From an uncultured Oscillospiraceae bacterium (GTDB lineage Bacteria; Bacillota; Clostridia; Oscillospirales; QAMX01), in the NCBI GenBank assembly GCA_964515055.1, contig CAZEUG010000006.1:18796-82795 (forward strand): a stretch of DNA of 64,000 nucleotides, in the 5' to 3' direction. Within the stretch, counting starts at the first letter, position 1. Each line of letters opens with the position of its first letter. Below, one piece after another: positions 28,399 to 36,815 of this stretch. The position numbers were made by a program, and so were the translations under genes. Under the pieces are notes generated by a model, which worked only from the letters and a program-made list of their open reading frames with translations, ran no database searches and was not told the origin of the DNA.

Positions 28399-29607
28399 TC
28401 ACAGTGCGCCGGTTGGTTGTTCACGGTCGGACAGGTTCCATACCAGATATCCGCTGGTAAACGGCAAATGGGAAAATTTCCGGGTGCCCATATGTACAAA
28501 TCCTTTGGCCAGATACCAGTTTTTCAGACGGGAATTCTCTTCCAGGATACTGATTTTCAGGAGCTTCCCACCGGATGTCCGGGTGATTTTCCCGGCGGTT
28601 TCCAGGAGCTGCGTTCCATATCCGAAATGTCGATATTCCGGCAGAACCGCCAGTTCATGCAATTCAAAGCATCCGTTTCCTTCATCGGACAGCGCCATAC
28701 AGCCCACTGTTTTCTGACCGGCACGGCATTGATACAGTTTCCACCCACGCTCCCTTTGTGCATTCAATGCCTCCAGCGGAAGAAATCCGGTATATTTCGG
28801 GCAGTTTTCCGGCGTCAGCCCAAATTCATCCGCAACCGTCGAAAAGCTGCGATGAATGACATCCCGTATTGTTTCATAGTCGTCCGGGAGAGCTTCCTCA
28901 ATGACCGGTGATTTTTCCAGACGTTGGATATATTTGTTTGTCCAGGGGCACACAGCCAGGCAGATTCCACAGCTTCCCACGGTAACGCCCATCGCTTCAC
29001 CGCGCTCAATCACCTTCTGTTTGCAGGCAATCGGGTCGATCAGATCATTTCGATCACCATGAAGAGACCAGTAATTGCCTGTAATCGCCTGTGCCGGACA
29101 GGCTTCCACACAGCGGCGACAGTTGCCACAGAAGGATGTGTTGACCGGTTCTGCCGTTTGGAGCGGCAAATCCGTGATCACACCATTCAGTCGAATTGCG
29201 GCACCATAGCTGCGCGTCACCAGAAGCGAAGATTTGCCGATCCAGCCAAGCCCTGCGCGTGTAGCAAGTGTCTTGAAGGGCAGGACGGTTCTGAAATCTT
29301 CATTTTGCCGGTTTCTGGCCAGCGAGTATGCCTGATATCCGTTTGAGCGAATGACTTCTTCCAATGCAAGGCTGGTTTCCTTCAGTTTGCGATTGATGCG
29401 CTTATACTCGTCATAATAGGCTTTGGACGGCGGCTGTTCCGTCTCCGGGAAAACAGTCAGCGGGATGGCGAATCAGATACCATACCGAAAGCCCTGTCTG
29501 CAGGTGTGGGGCAGTTCCGACAGATCGGCAAATCCGAACAACGGGATTTCCTGTTTTTGCAGATATGCCGCAATTGCATCATTGTACGTCTTGTTTTCTA
29601 TATTCAT
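28399..29607 (-). pseudogene. QueG-like 4Fe-4S reductase fused to a C-terminal GNAT acetyltransferase, interrupted by one in-frame TGA (29473-29475)
   Basis: Track ORFs 29473..29871 and 28399..29364 share one frame. The readthrough reads ...RQGFRYGI*FAIPLTVFPE...ATRAGLGWIGKSSLL...CGNCRRCVEACP...CGICLAVCPW, then the GNAT region ELHELAVLPEYRHFGYGTQLL. ATG 29607 follows AAAGGAG. Confidence 0.6.
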
Positions 29608-29863
29608 AAAATCTCCTTTCACGCAGTTCCGTGCCAGTTTCGCTCGATTTTCCGTCAGAGAAAAAAACGATGCCGGTCGATGATTTCGACCGGCATCGTC
29701 TGATTTCCCACAGAATCTCACTGGTTCGGCACAGATTCTGTGTTTTGGGTACGACAATACAGGCCCGGCGAAGTCAAAGACATTTTGCCGGACGCAGTTA
29801 TCGTCAGTTGTCTGTTTTGGAGGAATGAACCGCGCATTGCCGTATCCCTTTCTCTGTAAAAAT
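29608..29863 (-). promoter_or_regulatory. ~250-nt 5' leader with two stem-loops, candidate riboswitch or attenuator (class unrecognised)
   Basis: It lies between a consensus promoter and the start codon. It contains a 10-bp hairpin (29709-29742) and a canonical terminator about 50 nt upstream of the ATG. CCGGCA (complement of 29786-29791) could pair with the 5' terminator arm. Confidence 0.5.
29658..29699 (-). terminator. Intrinsic terminator inside the leader (attenuator)
   Basis: Minus strand reads ACGAUGCCGGUCG-aaaucau-CGACCGGCAUCGU (13-bp stem) followed by UUUUUUUCU. Confidence 0.75.
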
Positions 29864-29869
29864 TGAGTC

Positions 29870-29898
29870 ATTATAGCACATCATTTCGTGTTTGTCAA
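29870..29898 (-). promoter_or_regulatory. Consensus sigma-A promoter overlapping the stop codon of the upstream lipid kinase gene
   Basis: Minus strand reads TTGACA (29898-29893, containing the TGA stop), 17 nt, TATAAT (29875-29870). Confidence 0.7.
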
Positions 29899-30872
29899 GT
29901 TCTTTTGCCCATACGGTGATCGGCAAGCTTGACAATCAGTTTGGCCTTTGGCTTGGCCGGACTGCCCTTTCGGGTCGTCAGGCCGGTCACATAGCGAATG
30001 GCTTTCCGTTTCACTTCCATGCGGGAGGTGCGCGGTGCGCCGCCGTACTCGCCGTCCAGTGTCCACGCCAGCGGCTCTTCGCATTCGATTTCCAATTTCG
30101 AGGCGCGGAAGGCGTAGATTCCGTCAACGGTGGGGTTATGTGTCAGCAGCGCCATCAGGACGTTATTGAGCTCGACAATGGACGCCATCTTTCGAATCAA
30201 CATGACTTCAAACTTGCCGTCCGCCAAATCCACATCCATGCCGCACAGGCCGCGGAAGCCGCCGATGGAGTCCGAATTGGTGATCATGCCGAACAGGAAG
30301 TCATCGGTAATGGTCTGATCATCATACCGGACGGTGCAGCGATAGGATTTCAGGGTTGGCAAGCATTCTACGCCCTGGAGGATATAGGCACCATGGCCAA
30401 AAATATTTTTGGATTTCTGCGGTGTGATATATGGCACATCACTGAACGCGCCGAACGCAGCACTGTATGTAAAGAATTTCCCGTTGAAGGAGCCGACATC
30501 CAGAGGACAGGCCTGACCGGTTGCGGCCAGCTCCGCAGCTCGAAGAATATCTGCGGCGGGAATTTTCAGCGACCGGGCAAAATCGTTGGTCGTTCCCATG
30601 GGCAGATAGCCCAGTGCCGGTTTGGCACCCGGATGCATCATCAGGCCATTGACCACTTCGCTCAGTGTTCCGTCGCCGCCGGAGCAGACGATCAGATCAA
30701 ACTCATCCGCCCGCTGCGCCGCCACGCGCCGTGCATCGTCTCTGGACTGTGTGGTGTAGATGGTCACATCATAGCCGTGGCGGACAAACAAATCCACAAC
30801 ATCCGCCAGTTTCGACTTGATGCGGCCTTTGCCCGCCGTAACATTGACAAGAAATAGCAGCCGATTGGCCAT
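29895..30872 (-). CDS. Diacylglycerol/lipid kinase (DagK/YegS family)
   Basis: LLFLVNVTAGKG... and CSGGDGTLSEVVNGL are DAGK catalytic-domain motifs. GGGAGG RBS. Confidence 0.85.
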   Translation of the reverse strand: MANRLLFLVNVTAGKGRIKSKLADVVDLFVRHGYDVTIYTTQSRDDARRVAAQRADEFDLIVCSGGDGTLSEVVNGLMMHPGAKPALGYLPMGTTNDFARSLKIPAADILRAAELAATGQACPLDVGSFNGKFFTYSAAFGAFSDVPYITPQKSKNIFGHGAYILQGVECLPTLKSYRCTVRYDDQTITDDFLFGMITNSDSIGGFRGLCGMDVDLADGKFEVMLIRKMASIVELNNVLMALLTHNPTVDGIYAFRASKLEIECEEPLAWTLDGEYGGAPRTSRMEVKRKAIRYVTGLTTRKGSPAKPKAKLIVKLADHRMGKRT

Positions 30873-30887
30873 TTTTCCTCCCGCCTT

Positions 30888-31529
30888 TCAGTTGATTGCT
30901 TTGAAAATGATCGAATCGAGTTCTTCCAGCCGGTCAATGACCTGTTCTCCGGAGGATTCCAGACGGCTCCGGCTCTGGTGGCCACCGGCAAACAGCACCG
31001 GACGGCAGCCGATGGCGTGAGCCGTTTCGCAGTCGTGCAGGGTGTCGCCGATGAAAACGGCCTCCGTGTCCGCGCCGCCGGTCTGTGCCAGCCAGGCACG
31101 CGCCACTTCGATTTTTCCGCCGCCGTATCCGTCCCCTGCGCCGAAAATTCCGTCAAAAAAGCGTGTCAGGTCAAACGATGCCACCTGTTTACGCAGTGCT
31201 GTTGTCTCACAGGCGGAGACGATGGTCTGTCGAAGCCCGGCGGCTGCAAACCGTTCCACCATCTGTGCGGCACCCGAAACGAGAGACGCGTTTTGGGAGG
31301 CAATCGGATAGGCGTCGATATATTCCTGCGCAATGAGCGGATAGGGTTCCTTGGAAAAATCGAAACCGGCCAGGCGGTAATAATCTTCCACAGGAAACAT
31401 GAAAATTTCACGGTAGCGTTCCGGAGAGACGGTCGGCAGGTTCCGGCGGCTCAGCATGGTATTCAGGATGTTGCGGCTGATTTCCACATCATCCAGCAGT
31501 GTTCCGTTCCAGTCCCACAGAATCTGCAT
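30888..31529 (-). CDS. HAD-superfamily hydrolase (phosphoglycolate phosphatase-like)
   Basis: Motif I reads LWDWNGTLLDD (D-x-N rather than D-x-D). Motif IV reads FIGDTLHD. AAGGAGG lies 10 nt before ATG 31529. Confidence 0.7.
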   Translation of the reverse strand: MQILWDWNGTLLDDVEISRNILNTMLSRRNLPTVSPERYREIFMFPVEDYYRLAGFDFSKEPYPLIAQEYIDAYPIASQNASLVSGAAQMVERFAAAGLRQTIVSACETTALRKQVASFDLTRFFDGIFGAGDGYGGGKIEVARAWLAQTGGADTEAVFIGDTLHDCETAHAIGCRPVLFAGGHQSRSRLESSGEQVIDRLEELDSIIFKAIN

Positions 31530-31571
31530 ACGGTACAATCCTCCTTTGCGCGTTCTCTGCGGCGATTTGCG

Positions 31572-33047
31572 TCAGATCTGCACCGAGTCATTGGTGCGGT
31601 TCGGGTCGTTGCTGACGTAGAACTTGGCCAGGCCGTTGACGCTGGTTTCCCGATAACCACAATAGAGATCCTTGCCCGTCTCGTACATGGTTTCGACGAT
31701 TGTATCAAACGACACGTTGCGGGTTTTGGCCAGGAAGTTGGATAGCGTCACCGCGTCGAAGGCGCGCATGGCTGCCACTGCGTTGCGCTCGATGCACGGA
31801 ATCTGTACCAGACCCTTGACCGGGTCGCACGTCAGACCCAGATGATGCTCGATCGCGATTTCGGACGCGTATTCGATTTGTTCCAGATTGAGTTCATAGA
31901 GCTCTGCCAGCGCCGCTGCAGCCATCGCGCAGGCTGAACCGATTTCGGCCTGACAGCCGCATTCTGCGCCGCTGATGCTGGCGTTGGTCTTGATGAGGTT
32001 GCCGATGATGCCTCCCGTCGCCAGTGCGTTGCAGATTTCCGCATCGCTGAACCCGTATTTCTGCTGCATGAAAAACAGAACCGCGGGCATGACGCCGCAG
32101 GAGCCGCAGGTCGGTGCCGTGACAATGACGCCGCCGGCTGCATTCTGTTCGCTGACGGCAAAGGCATAGGCGGAGATCAGGCGATTCTCCCGAATGACAT
32201 CGGTTTCGCCGATATGGCGCGATTTAAGCAGGAAGCGCGCCTTGCGTTCGACACCCAGACCGCCCGGCAGTACGCCTTCCGTCTCGGTTCCTTCCTTGAT
32301 TGAGGCCTTCATCTGACGCCAGACATCGCTTAAATCATCAAAAATGGCGTTGCCCTCGCATTCGCGCACGTAGTCATAGATGCGCATTCCGCGGTTTTTA
32401 ATGGATTCCGAAATATCGTAAAACGAAGTCAGCGGATACGGCAGCTCCTCCTGCTGCGGCTCATTGGCGAAGGCAATTGCGCCGCCGCCGAGGCTGTAGG
32501 CGCGTTGGCGCTCTGTCCGGCTGCCGTAGACAGCGATCATATCCATGGTGTTGGGAAATTCAACGTCGGTATTGTGCTGATCAAAGATCACCTCAACGCG
32601 GTCACCCAAAACATTTTGAATGGCTCGATCAGTTCCGTGGCCGCGGCCGGTCAGTGCCAGCGAGCCATACAGAATCGCCTGATAGCGGTCAGCATCCGGA
32701 AAGCGGGACTGAAAAATCCGACTGATTTTCTCCGGCCCCATGGTGTGTGAGCTGGACGGCCCCACGCCGATACGATACAGGTTGCGGAGCGACTCCATCC
32801 CCCGGCGCGGCGGGCGCACCGTGCGCTCCGACGATGCAGGCAGGGTGCGCGGTTCCAGACCGTACAGCTCCTCCAGTGATACTCCGAGCTTCCCGGCAAT
32901 CGTCGGCAGCAGCATGACATCCGGCATGGTCGCGCCGGATTCCCACTTGGAAACCGCCTGGTTGGATACACCGATCATTCGGCCAAATGCTTCCTGTGTC
33001 ATCCCCTTATTTTTCCTGAACCTTGCGATATTCTTTCCTATTGACAT
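31572..33047 (-). CDS. sdaA: L-serine ammonia-lyase (Fe-S, single-chain) with an N-terminal XRE-type HTH domain
   Basis: N-terminus IGKNIARFRKNKGMTQEAFGRMIGVSNQAVSKWESG (Cro/C1 HTH). Then GVGPSSSHTMGP, TAPTCGSCG, AECGCQAEIG and GLTCDPVKGLVQIPCIERNA. GAAGGAG RBS before ATG 33047. Confidence 0.85.
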   Translation of the reverse strand: MSIGKNIARFRKNKGMTQEAFGRMIGVSNQAVSKWESGATMPDVMLLPTIAGKLGVSLEELYGLEPRTLPASSERTVRPPRRGMESLRNLYRIGVGPSSSHTMGPEKISRIFQSRFPDADRYQAILYGSLALTGRGHGTDRAIQNVLGDRVEVIFDQHNTDVEFPNTMDMIAVYGSRTERQRAYSLGGGAIAFANEPQQEELPYPLTSFYDISESIKNRGMRIYDYVRECEGNAIFDDLSDVWRQMKASIKEGTETEGVLPGGLGVERKARFLLKSRHIGETDVIRENRLISAYAFAVSEQNAAGGVIVTAPTCGSCGVMPAVLFFMQQKYGFSDAEICNALATGGIIGNLIKTNASISGAECGCQAEIGSACAMAAAALAELYELNLEQIEYASEIAIEHHLGLTCDPVKGLVQIPCIERNAVAAMRAFDAVTLSNFLAKTRNVSFDTIVETMYETGKDLYCGYRETSVNGLAKFYVSNDPNRTNDSVQI

Positions 33048-33270
33048 TTGAAAGCACTCCTTCTCTGTTTGCGTGTATTCCTGTGTTATCATACCAGATT
33101 TTTCCACAATTCGCAAGCAAATAAACGGCGAACGTGCGATTATAGCGTATCCATGATTCTCCGTCTAATTGGAACAATCTTTATTTCGTCTTTTTTTGAC
33201 TGTCTACCTCATTTTCTGTCGCATTTTGTGCTGTAGAATCTGTTTTCACCCTATGAATTTCTCGATGGGT

Positions 33271-34020
33271 TCAGCCCTGTGTATCGGGTGCTGTCGGCGC
33301 GGCGGACGATTTGGTTTCCCAGCCGGGCAACGGGAGCCGACGCATGGCACCGAACACCTTTTCATAGATATCCGCCCGTTCATCCCGGAGGACGGCGGCG
33401 AGTTCCTTGACGCGTTTCCGTTTGGAATTCTGATCGGCCGGGCAGGCATTTTTGACAACCGGCAGGGCAACGCGCTGAGCAAAGGAGCGGATTTCGTATT
33501 CGCGGCAGTACAGCAATGGGCGAACCATGGTGATACCGATGCGATCCAGATAGGTAACCGGGGCGAAGCAGGATAGCCGCCCTTCATAGATCAGAGAGAG
33601 CAGGAACGTATCCACAGCATCATCCAGATGATGCCCCAGGGCGACCTTATTGCATCCCCAGGCTTTGGCCGCATTATTCAGAGCGCCCCGGCGCATATTG
33701 GCGCAGAGGGAGCATGGATTTTCTTCTTTTCGGATATCAAAGACGACGGTTTTGATATCTGTGTGAATCACCTGATAGGGCACCTCCAGTGTTTTGCAGA
33801 GGTTCTCCACAGGAGCAAAATCCATCTCTGTATAGCCGAGATCCAGGCTGATCGCTTTAACTTCAAATTTTCGTGGGTAGAATTTAGCCAGTCGAGCCAA
33901 CGTACAGAGGACGGTCAGGCTGTCTTTCCCGCCGGAAACGCCGACAGCCACGGAGTCGCCCTCCTGAAACATATCAAAATCTTCTGCGCAGCGGCGCACA
34001 TGACTCAGAATTTTCTGCAT
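33271..34020 (-). CDS. ttcA: PP-loop ATPase, TtcA-family tRNA thiolation enzyme
   Basis: SGGKDS PP-loop, CSLCANMRRG and GHHLDD motifs. ATG 34020 follows AAAGGA. Confidence 0.75.
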   Translation of the reverse strand: MQKILSHVRRCAEDFDMFQEGDSVAVGVSGGKDSLTVLCTLARLAKFYPRKFEVKAISLDLGYTEMDFAPVENLCKTLEVPYQVIHTDIKTVVFDIRKEENPCSLCANMRRGALNNAAKAWGCNKVALGHHLDDAVDTFLLSLIYEGRLSCFAPVTYLDRIGITMVRPLLYCREYEIRSFAQRVALPVVKNACPADQNSKRKRVKELAAVLRDERADIYEKVFGAMRRLPLPGWETKSSAAPTAPDTQG

Positions 34021-34094
34021 ACCGTGCATCCTTTCAAAAATAGCCGCCCGGAAGAACCGGGCGGCTTTATTATACCACAGTTTTTCACCGGACG

Positions 34095-35099
34095 TCAATC
34101 ATTGCTGTCCGGGAAATCGATCTGGATGTTGCCGTTGCTCGTCGTAGCGGTCAGCCGGATCGGACCCTTTCCCCATTTCGTTGGCAGACTGCTGGAGCCG
34201 TTCGTGGTACGGCTGATGATCCGGAAGGTATCTGTCGGCTCCGTGAGATGACCCACAATCGAACCGTTGGCGGTTCGGAAGATCAGCTCCGTTCTGGCCG
34301 TCACCTGTTCAAACGAGATCTCGGCATTTTCGGTTTGCAGATTCAGAGCGGAGCCGCAGTGGACATTGCTCGCCCGAATTCCGCAGTTGGCCGTTATGGC
34401 TGTCATACCCTGCTCCACCTGCACGTTCTCCAGAGTGATATTTGCATTGCTTGTCCGTGCCGTGATCGTATGGGCTGTGCATTCCTTCAGTCCCAGATGG
34501 GCGTTCGACGTTTTCAGGCACAGCTCGCCCGCCATCTGAATCTGCTCCGCCGAGATACTGGCGTTGACGCTTTCAGCCGTCACTCGACCAGTCATCTGCT
34601 GCGGCAGGGCGATGGTCAGCACCGGCGGATTGCACCGATTGTTCCAGTCGGAGCGTTTCATCCGCAAACGGCAATTGATCACCGAAAGGCAACCGTCCGT
34701 TTGCTGAAGCTCATAGCGATGCGTCTCGTTCTCCCCATACGACAGATGAATCCATTCATCGGGCGAACGTTCTATCCGGATGGGTGCGTTTTCTTCCCGG
34801 AGCAGCACTTCGCGGATGATCTCCGTTGAAAACTGCTGTTTTTTGACGACATAGCCCTCCGAACGTCGACTGCTTTTCGAAGATTCCGTGTCCGTGGCGC
34901 GGGTGAGCAATTCCACAAGCAGCTGCCGGGCGACCTCAGACGGATGTTCCAGACCATCAACCGCCTTTTCTTCAGTCTGGCCTTCTTCCATCCGATCTTC
35001 AATGATTTCGTTGTAGTAGGCAATTGTTTTGTTGATTTCGTCCTCCGGAATTCCCTTCAGGCATTCTGTCAATTTTGCGAGATAGGCTGTTTTTGTCAC
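34095..35099 (-). CDS. DUF1700 (PadR-associated) N-terminal domain plus DUF4097-like beta-repeat protein
   Basis: TKTAYLAKLTECLKGIPEDEINKTIAYYNEIIEDRMEEG is DUF1700-like. The C-terminal half has repeated beta-strand segments. GTG 35099 overlaps the PadR stop (GTGA) after AGAGGAG. Confidence 0.6.
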   Translation of the reverse strand: MTKTAYLAKLTECLKGIPEDEINKTIAYYNEIIEDRMEEGQTEEKAVDGLEHPSEVARQLLVELLTRATDTESSKSSRRSEGYVVKKQQFSTEIIREVLLREENAPIRIERSPDEWIHLSYGENETHRYELQQTDGCLSVINCRLRMKRSDWNNRCNPPVLTIALPQQMTGRVTAESVNASISAEQIQMAGELCLKTSNAHLGLKECTAHTITARTSNANITLENVQVEQGMTAITANCGIRASNVHCGSALNLQTENAEISFEQVTARTELIFRTANGSIVGHLTEPTDTFRIISRTTNGSSSLPTKWGKGPIRLTATTSNGNIQIDFPDSND

Positions 35100-35410
35100 G
35101 GCATAACCACTCCTCTGATAAACTGATATACGCGCTGGACTTCTTCCCATTCGGTCAGGAAAACCTGAATTTTGGCTCGCCCCTGGTCAGTAATCTGATA
35201 GTATTTCCGCAGCCGGCCATTGTGCTCCATCGTGTACACATTCAGGCATTGACTGCTTTCCAGGCGCTTCAGGATCGGATACAGCGTTGATTCCGACAGT
35301 GCGATTTTGGATGATAGCTCACGGACGATCTGGTATCCATAGGAATCACCTTTGGTCAGGACGGCCAGGACACAAGCCTCCAGCATACCCCGTTTCAATT
35401 GTGTATCCAA
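35096..35410 (-). CDS. PadR family transcriptional regulator
   Basis: LKRGMLEACVLAVLTKGDSYGYQIVRELS...STLYPILKRLE...GRLRKYYQITDQG. TTG 35410 lies 7 nt after GGGAGG. Confidence 0.9.
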   Translation of the reverse strand: MDTQLKRGMLEACVLAVLTKGDSYGYQIVRELSSKIALSESTLYPILKRLESSQCLNVYTMEHNGRLRKYYQITDQGRAKIQVFLTEWEEVQRVYQFIRGVVMP

Positions 35411-35433
35411 GACATCGCCTCCCTACGCCTTAT

Positions 35434-35462
35434 ATTATGCCATGCGTAGTATTGTTTGTCAA
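35434..35462 (-). promoter_or_regulatory. Promoter of the PadR operon with an overlapping inverted repeat (candidate operator)
   Basis: Minus strand reads TTGACA (35462-35457), 17 nt, CATAAT (35439-35434). The inverted repeat CTACGC-N15-GCGTAG (35423-35449) spans the -10. Confidence 0.45.
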
Positions 35463-35506
35463 GAGAGTTTTGAAAAAGCACCGGCATTTTTTCAAAATGT
35501 CGGTGC

Positions 35507-35536
35507 TTGCAATGACAGCAGATCTCATGGTATAAT
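35507..35536 (+). promoter_or_regulatory. Promoter of trmB
   Basis: TTGCAA (35507-35512), 18 nt, TATAAT (35531-35536). Confidence 0.5.
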
Positions 35537-35597
35537 ATTGGCAAACAGAAAATCAGAACGCGGCATGTGTCGCGTTGAAGGAGTGGCTGAATTCGGT

Positions 35598-36281
35598 ATG
35601 GCCCGAATGCGTAGAAAAAAGAACCTTGTGCCGCGCATGGAGCGCTGCAGCAGTTATCAGATTTTGCCGCCGTTTCCGGCACCCGGTTCCTGGCGAACCG
35701 CTTTCGGTGCAGGGTCGGATGCGACGTTGGCTTTGGAAATCGGTTGCGGGAAGGGCGGGTTTGCCGTTCGGACGGCTCAGGCTGACCCAGCCTGCTGTCT
35801 GATTGCGATGGATCGCGTGAATGAGGCGCTGGTCGTCGGCATGGAGCGTGCCGCGTCGGAGCAGGTACAGAACCTCCGGTTTCTGAGCGGAGACTGTGCG
35901 ATGCTGTCCGAGCTGTTTGCGCCCGGCGAGGTGGATATCATCTACCTGAACTTTTCCGATCCGTGGCCGAGCAAGCGTCACGCGAAGCGGCGGTTGACCT
36001 ATCGGACGTTTCTGGAGATTTACCGAAAGCTTCTGGCGGAAGACGGCGTTTTGTATTTCAAGACGGATAACCGCGACCTGTTCGAGTTCAGTCTGGAGGA
36101 ATTCTCAGGCAACGGTTTCCTGCTGGACGGCGTGACATACGACCTCCACGCGACGGATCTGCCGAATATTCCAACCGAATACGAAGAAAAGTTTGCTGCG
36201 GCCGGAATGCCGATTCACCGGTTAGCCGCCCGGAAGCAGCTGGCTGCACCCCCTGCACCGGAGGCCGAACATGACGCATGA
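35598..36281 (+). CDS. trmB: tRNA (guanine46-N7)-methyltransferase
   Basis: LEIGCGKGGF SAM motif, NFSDPWPSKRHAKRRL, and TEYEEKF. Confidence 0.9.
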   Translation: MARMRRKKNLVPRMERCSSYQILPPFPAPGSWRTAFGAGSDATLALEIGCGKGGFAVRTAQADPACCLIAMDRVNEALVVGMERAASEQVQNLRFLSGDCAMLSELFAPGEVDIIYLNFSDPWPSKRHAKRRLTYRTFLEIYRKLLAEDGVLYFKTDNRDLFEFSLEEFSGNGFLLDGVTYDLHATDLPNIPTEYEEKFAAAGMPIHRLAARKQLAAPPAPEAEHDA

Positions 36282-36813
36282 ACGCTGCCTGCTCCGCCAT
36301 CTGAAGCAGGCGTATCGAGCCATCGGCGACCGGACGCCCATCCCTGCGGACTGCGGTCAGCTCTGCGGTGCCGCCTGCTGTCATGCACCGACCGGGCAGG
36401 AATCGGAATACGGGATGCTGCTGTTCCCCGGAGAGGAGCAGCTTTTGCGGAAGGATTCGAACTTTACGCTGTCCTGTCTGCCGCCGCCGACCGGGTTTCA
36501 TCGTCCGGTCTGGTTTGCTACCTGCCGGGGCGTCTGCAATCGCAGCCATCGGCCGCTGGCCTGTCGGATTTTCCCGTGTCTCCCCTATCTTCCTGTCGAT
36601 GAGCGCGGCGCGCGTTCGCCGTTCCCGGCCATCATTCCGGATCCGCGTGCTTCCATCGTCTGTCCGCTGGTATCGCACGGTGAAAACCATGTCGATGAGA
36701 CGTTTTACGAGGCGGTTGCAGCGGCTGCGGCGGCACTTTTGTCCTGTCCGGCGCACCGTGCCTTTCTGGAAAGTCTGTCCGCATTGATCGACGAGTACCG
36801 CCGGTTTCTGTAG
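36271..36813 (+). CDS. YkgJ-family Cys-cluster (CxxCxxCC) protein
   Basis: DCGQLCGAACC, and later RPLACRIFPC. Overlaps the trmB stop by 11 nt. Confidence 0.5.
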   Translation: MTHERCLLRHLKQAYRAIGDRTPIPADCGQLCGAACCHAPTGQESEYGMLLFPGEEQLLRKDSNFTLSCLPPPTGFHRPVWFATCRGVCNRSHRPLACRIFPCLPYLPVDERGARSPFPAIIPDPRASIVCPLVSHGENHVDETFYEAVAAAAAALLSCPAHRAFLESLSALIDEYRRFL

Positions 36814-36815
36814 GG

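Noticed and set aside
29473-29475. In-frame TGA read as selenocysteine or as evidence of an alternative genetic code.
   Set aside because: TGA terminates other well-defined genes in the window. The position is not in a Cys/Sec redox motif, and no sel genes or convincing SECIS element are visible. It is kept only as a minor alternative in the corresponding finding.
29608-29871. The 88-codon N-terminal extension of track ORF 29473..29871, starting MTQFLQRKGY...
   Set aside because: Its ATG lies inside the -10 box of the mapped promoter, and the frame reads straight through the intrinsic terminator. The real start is ATG 29607, which has an AAAGGAG RBS.
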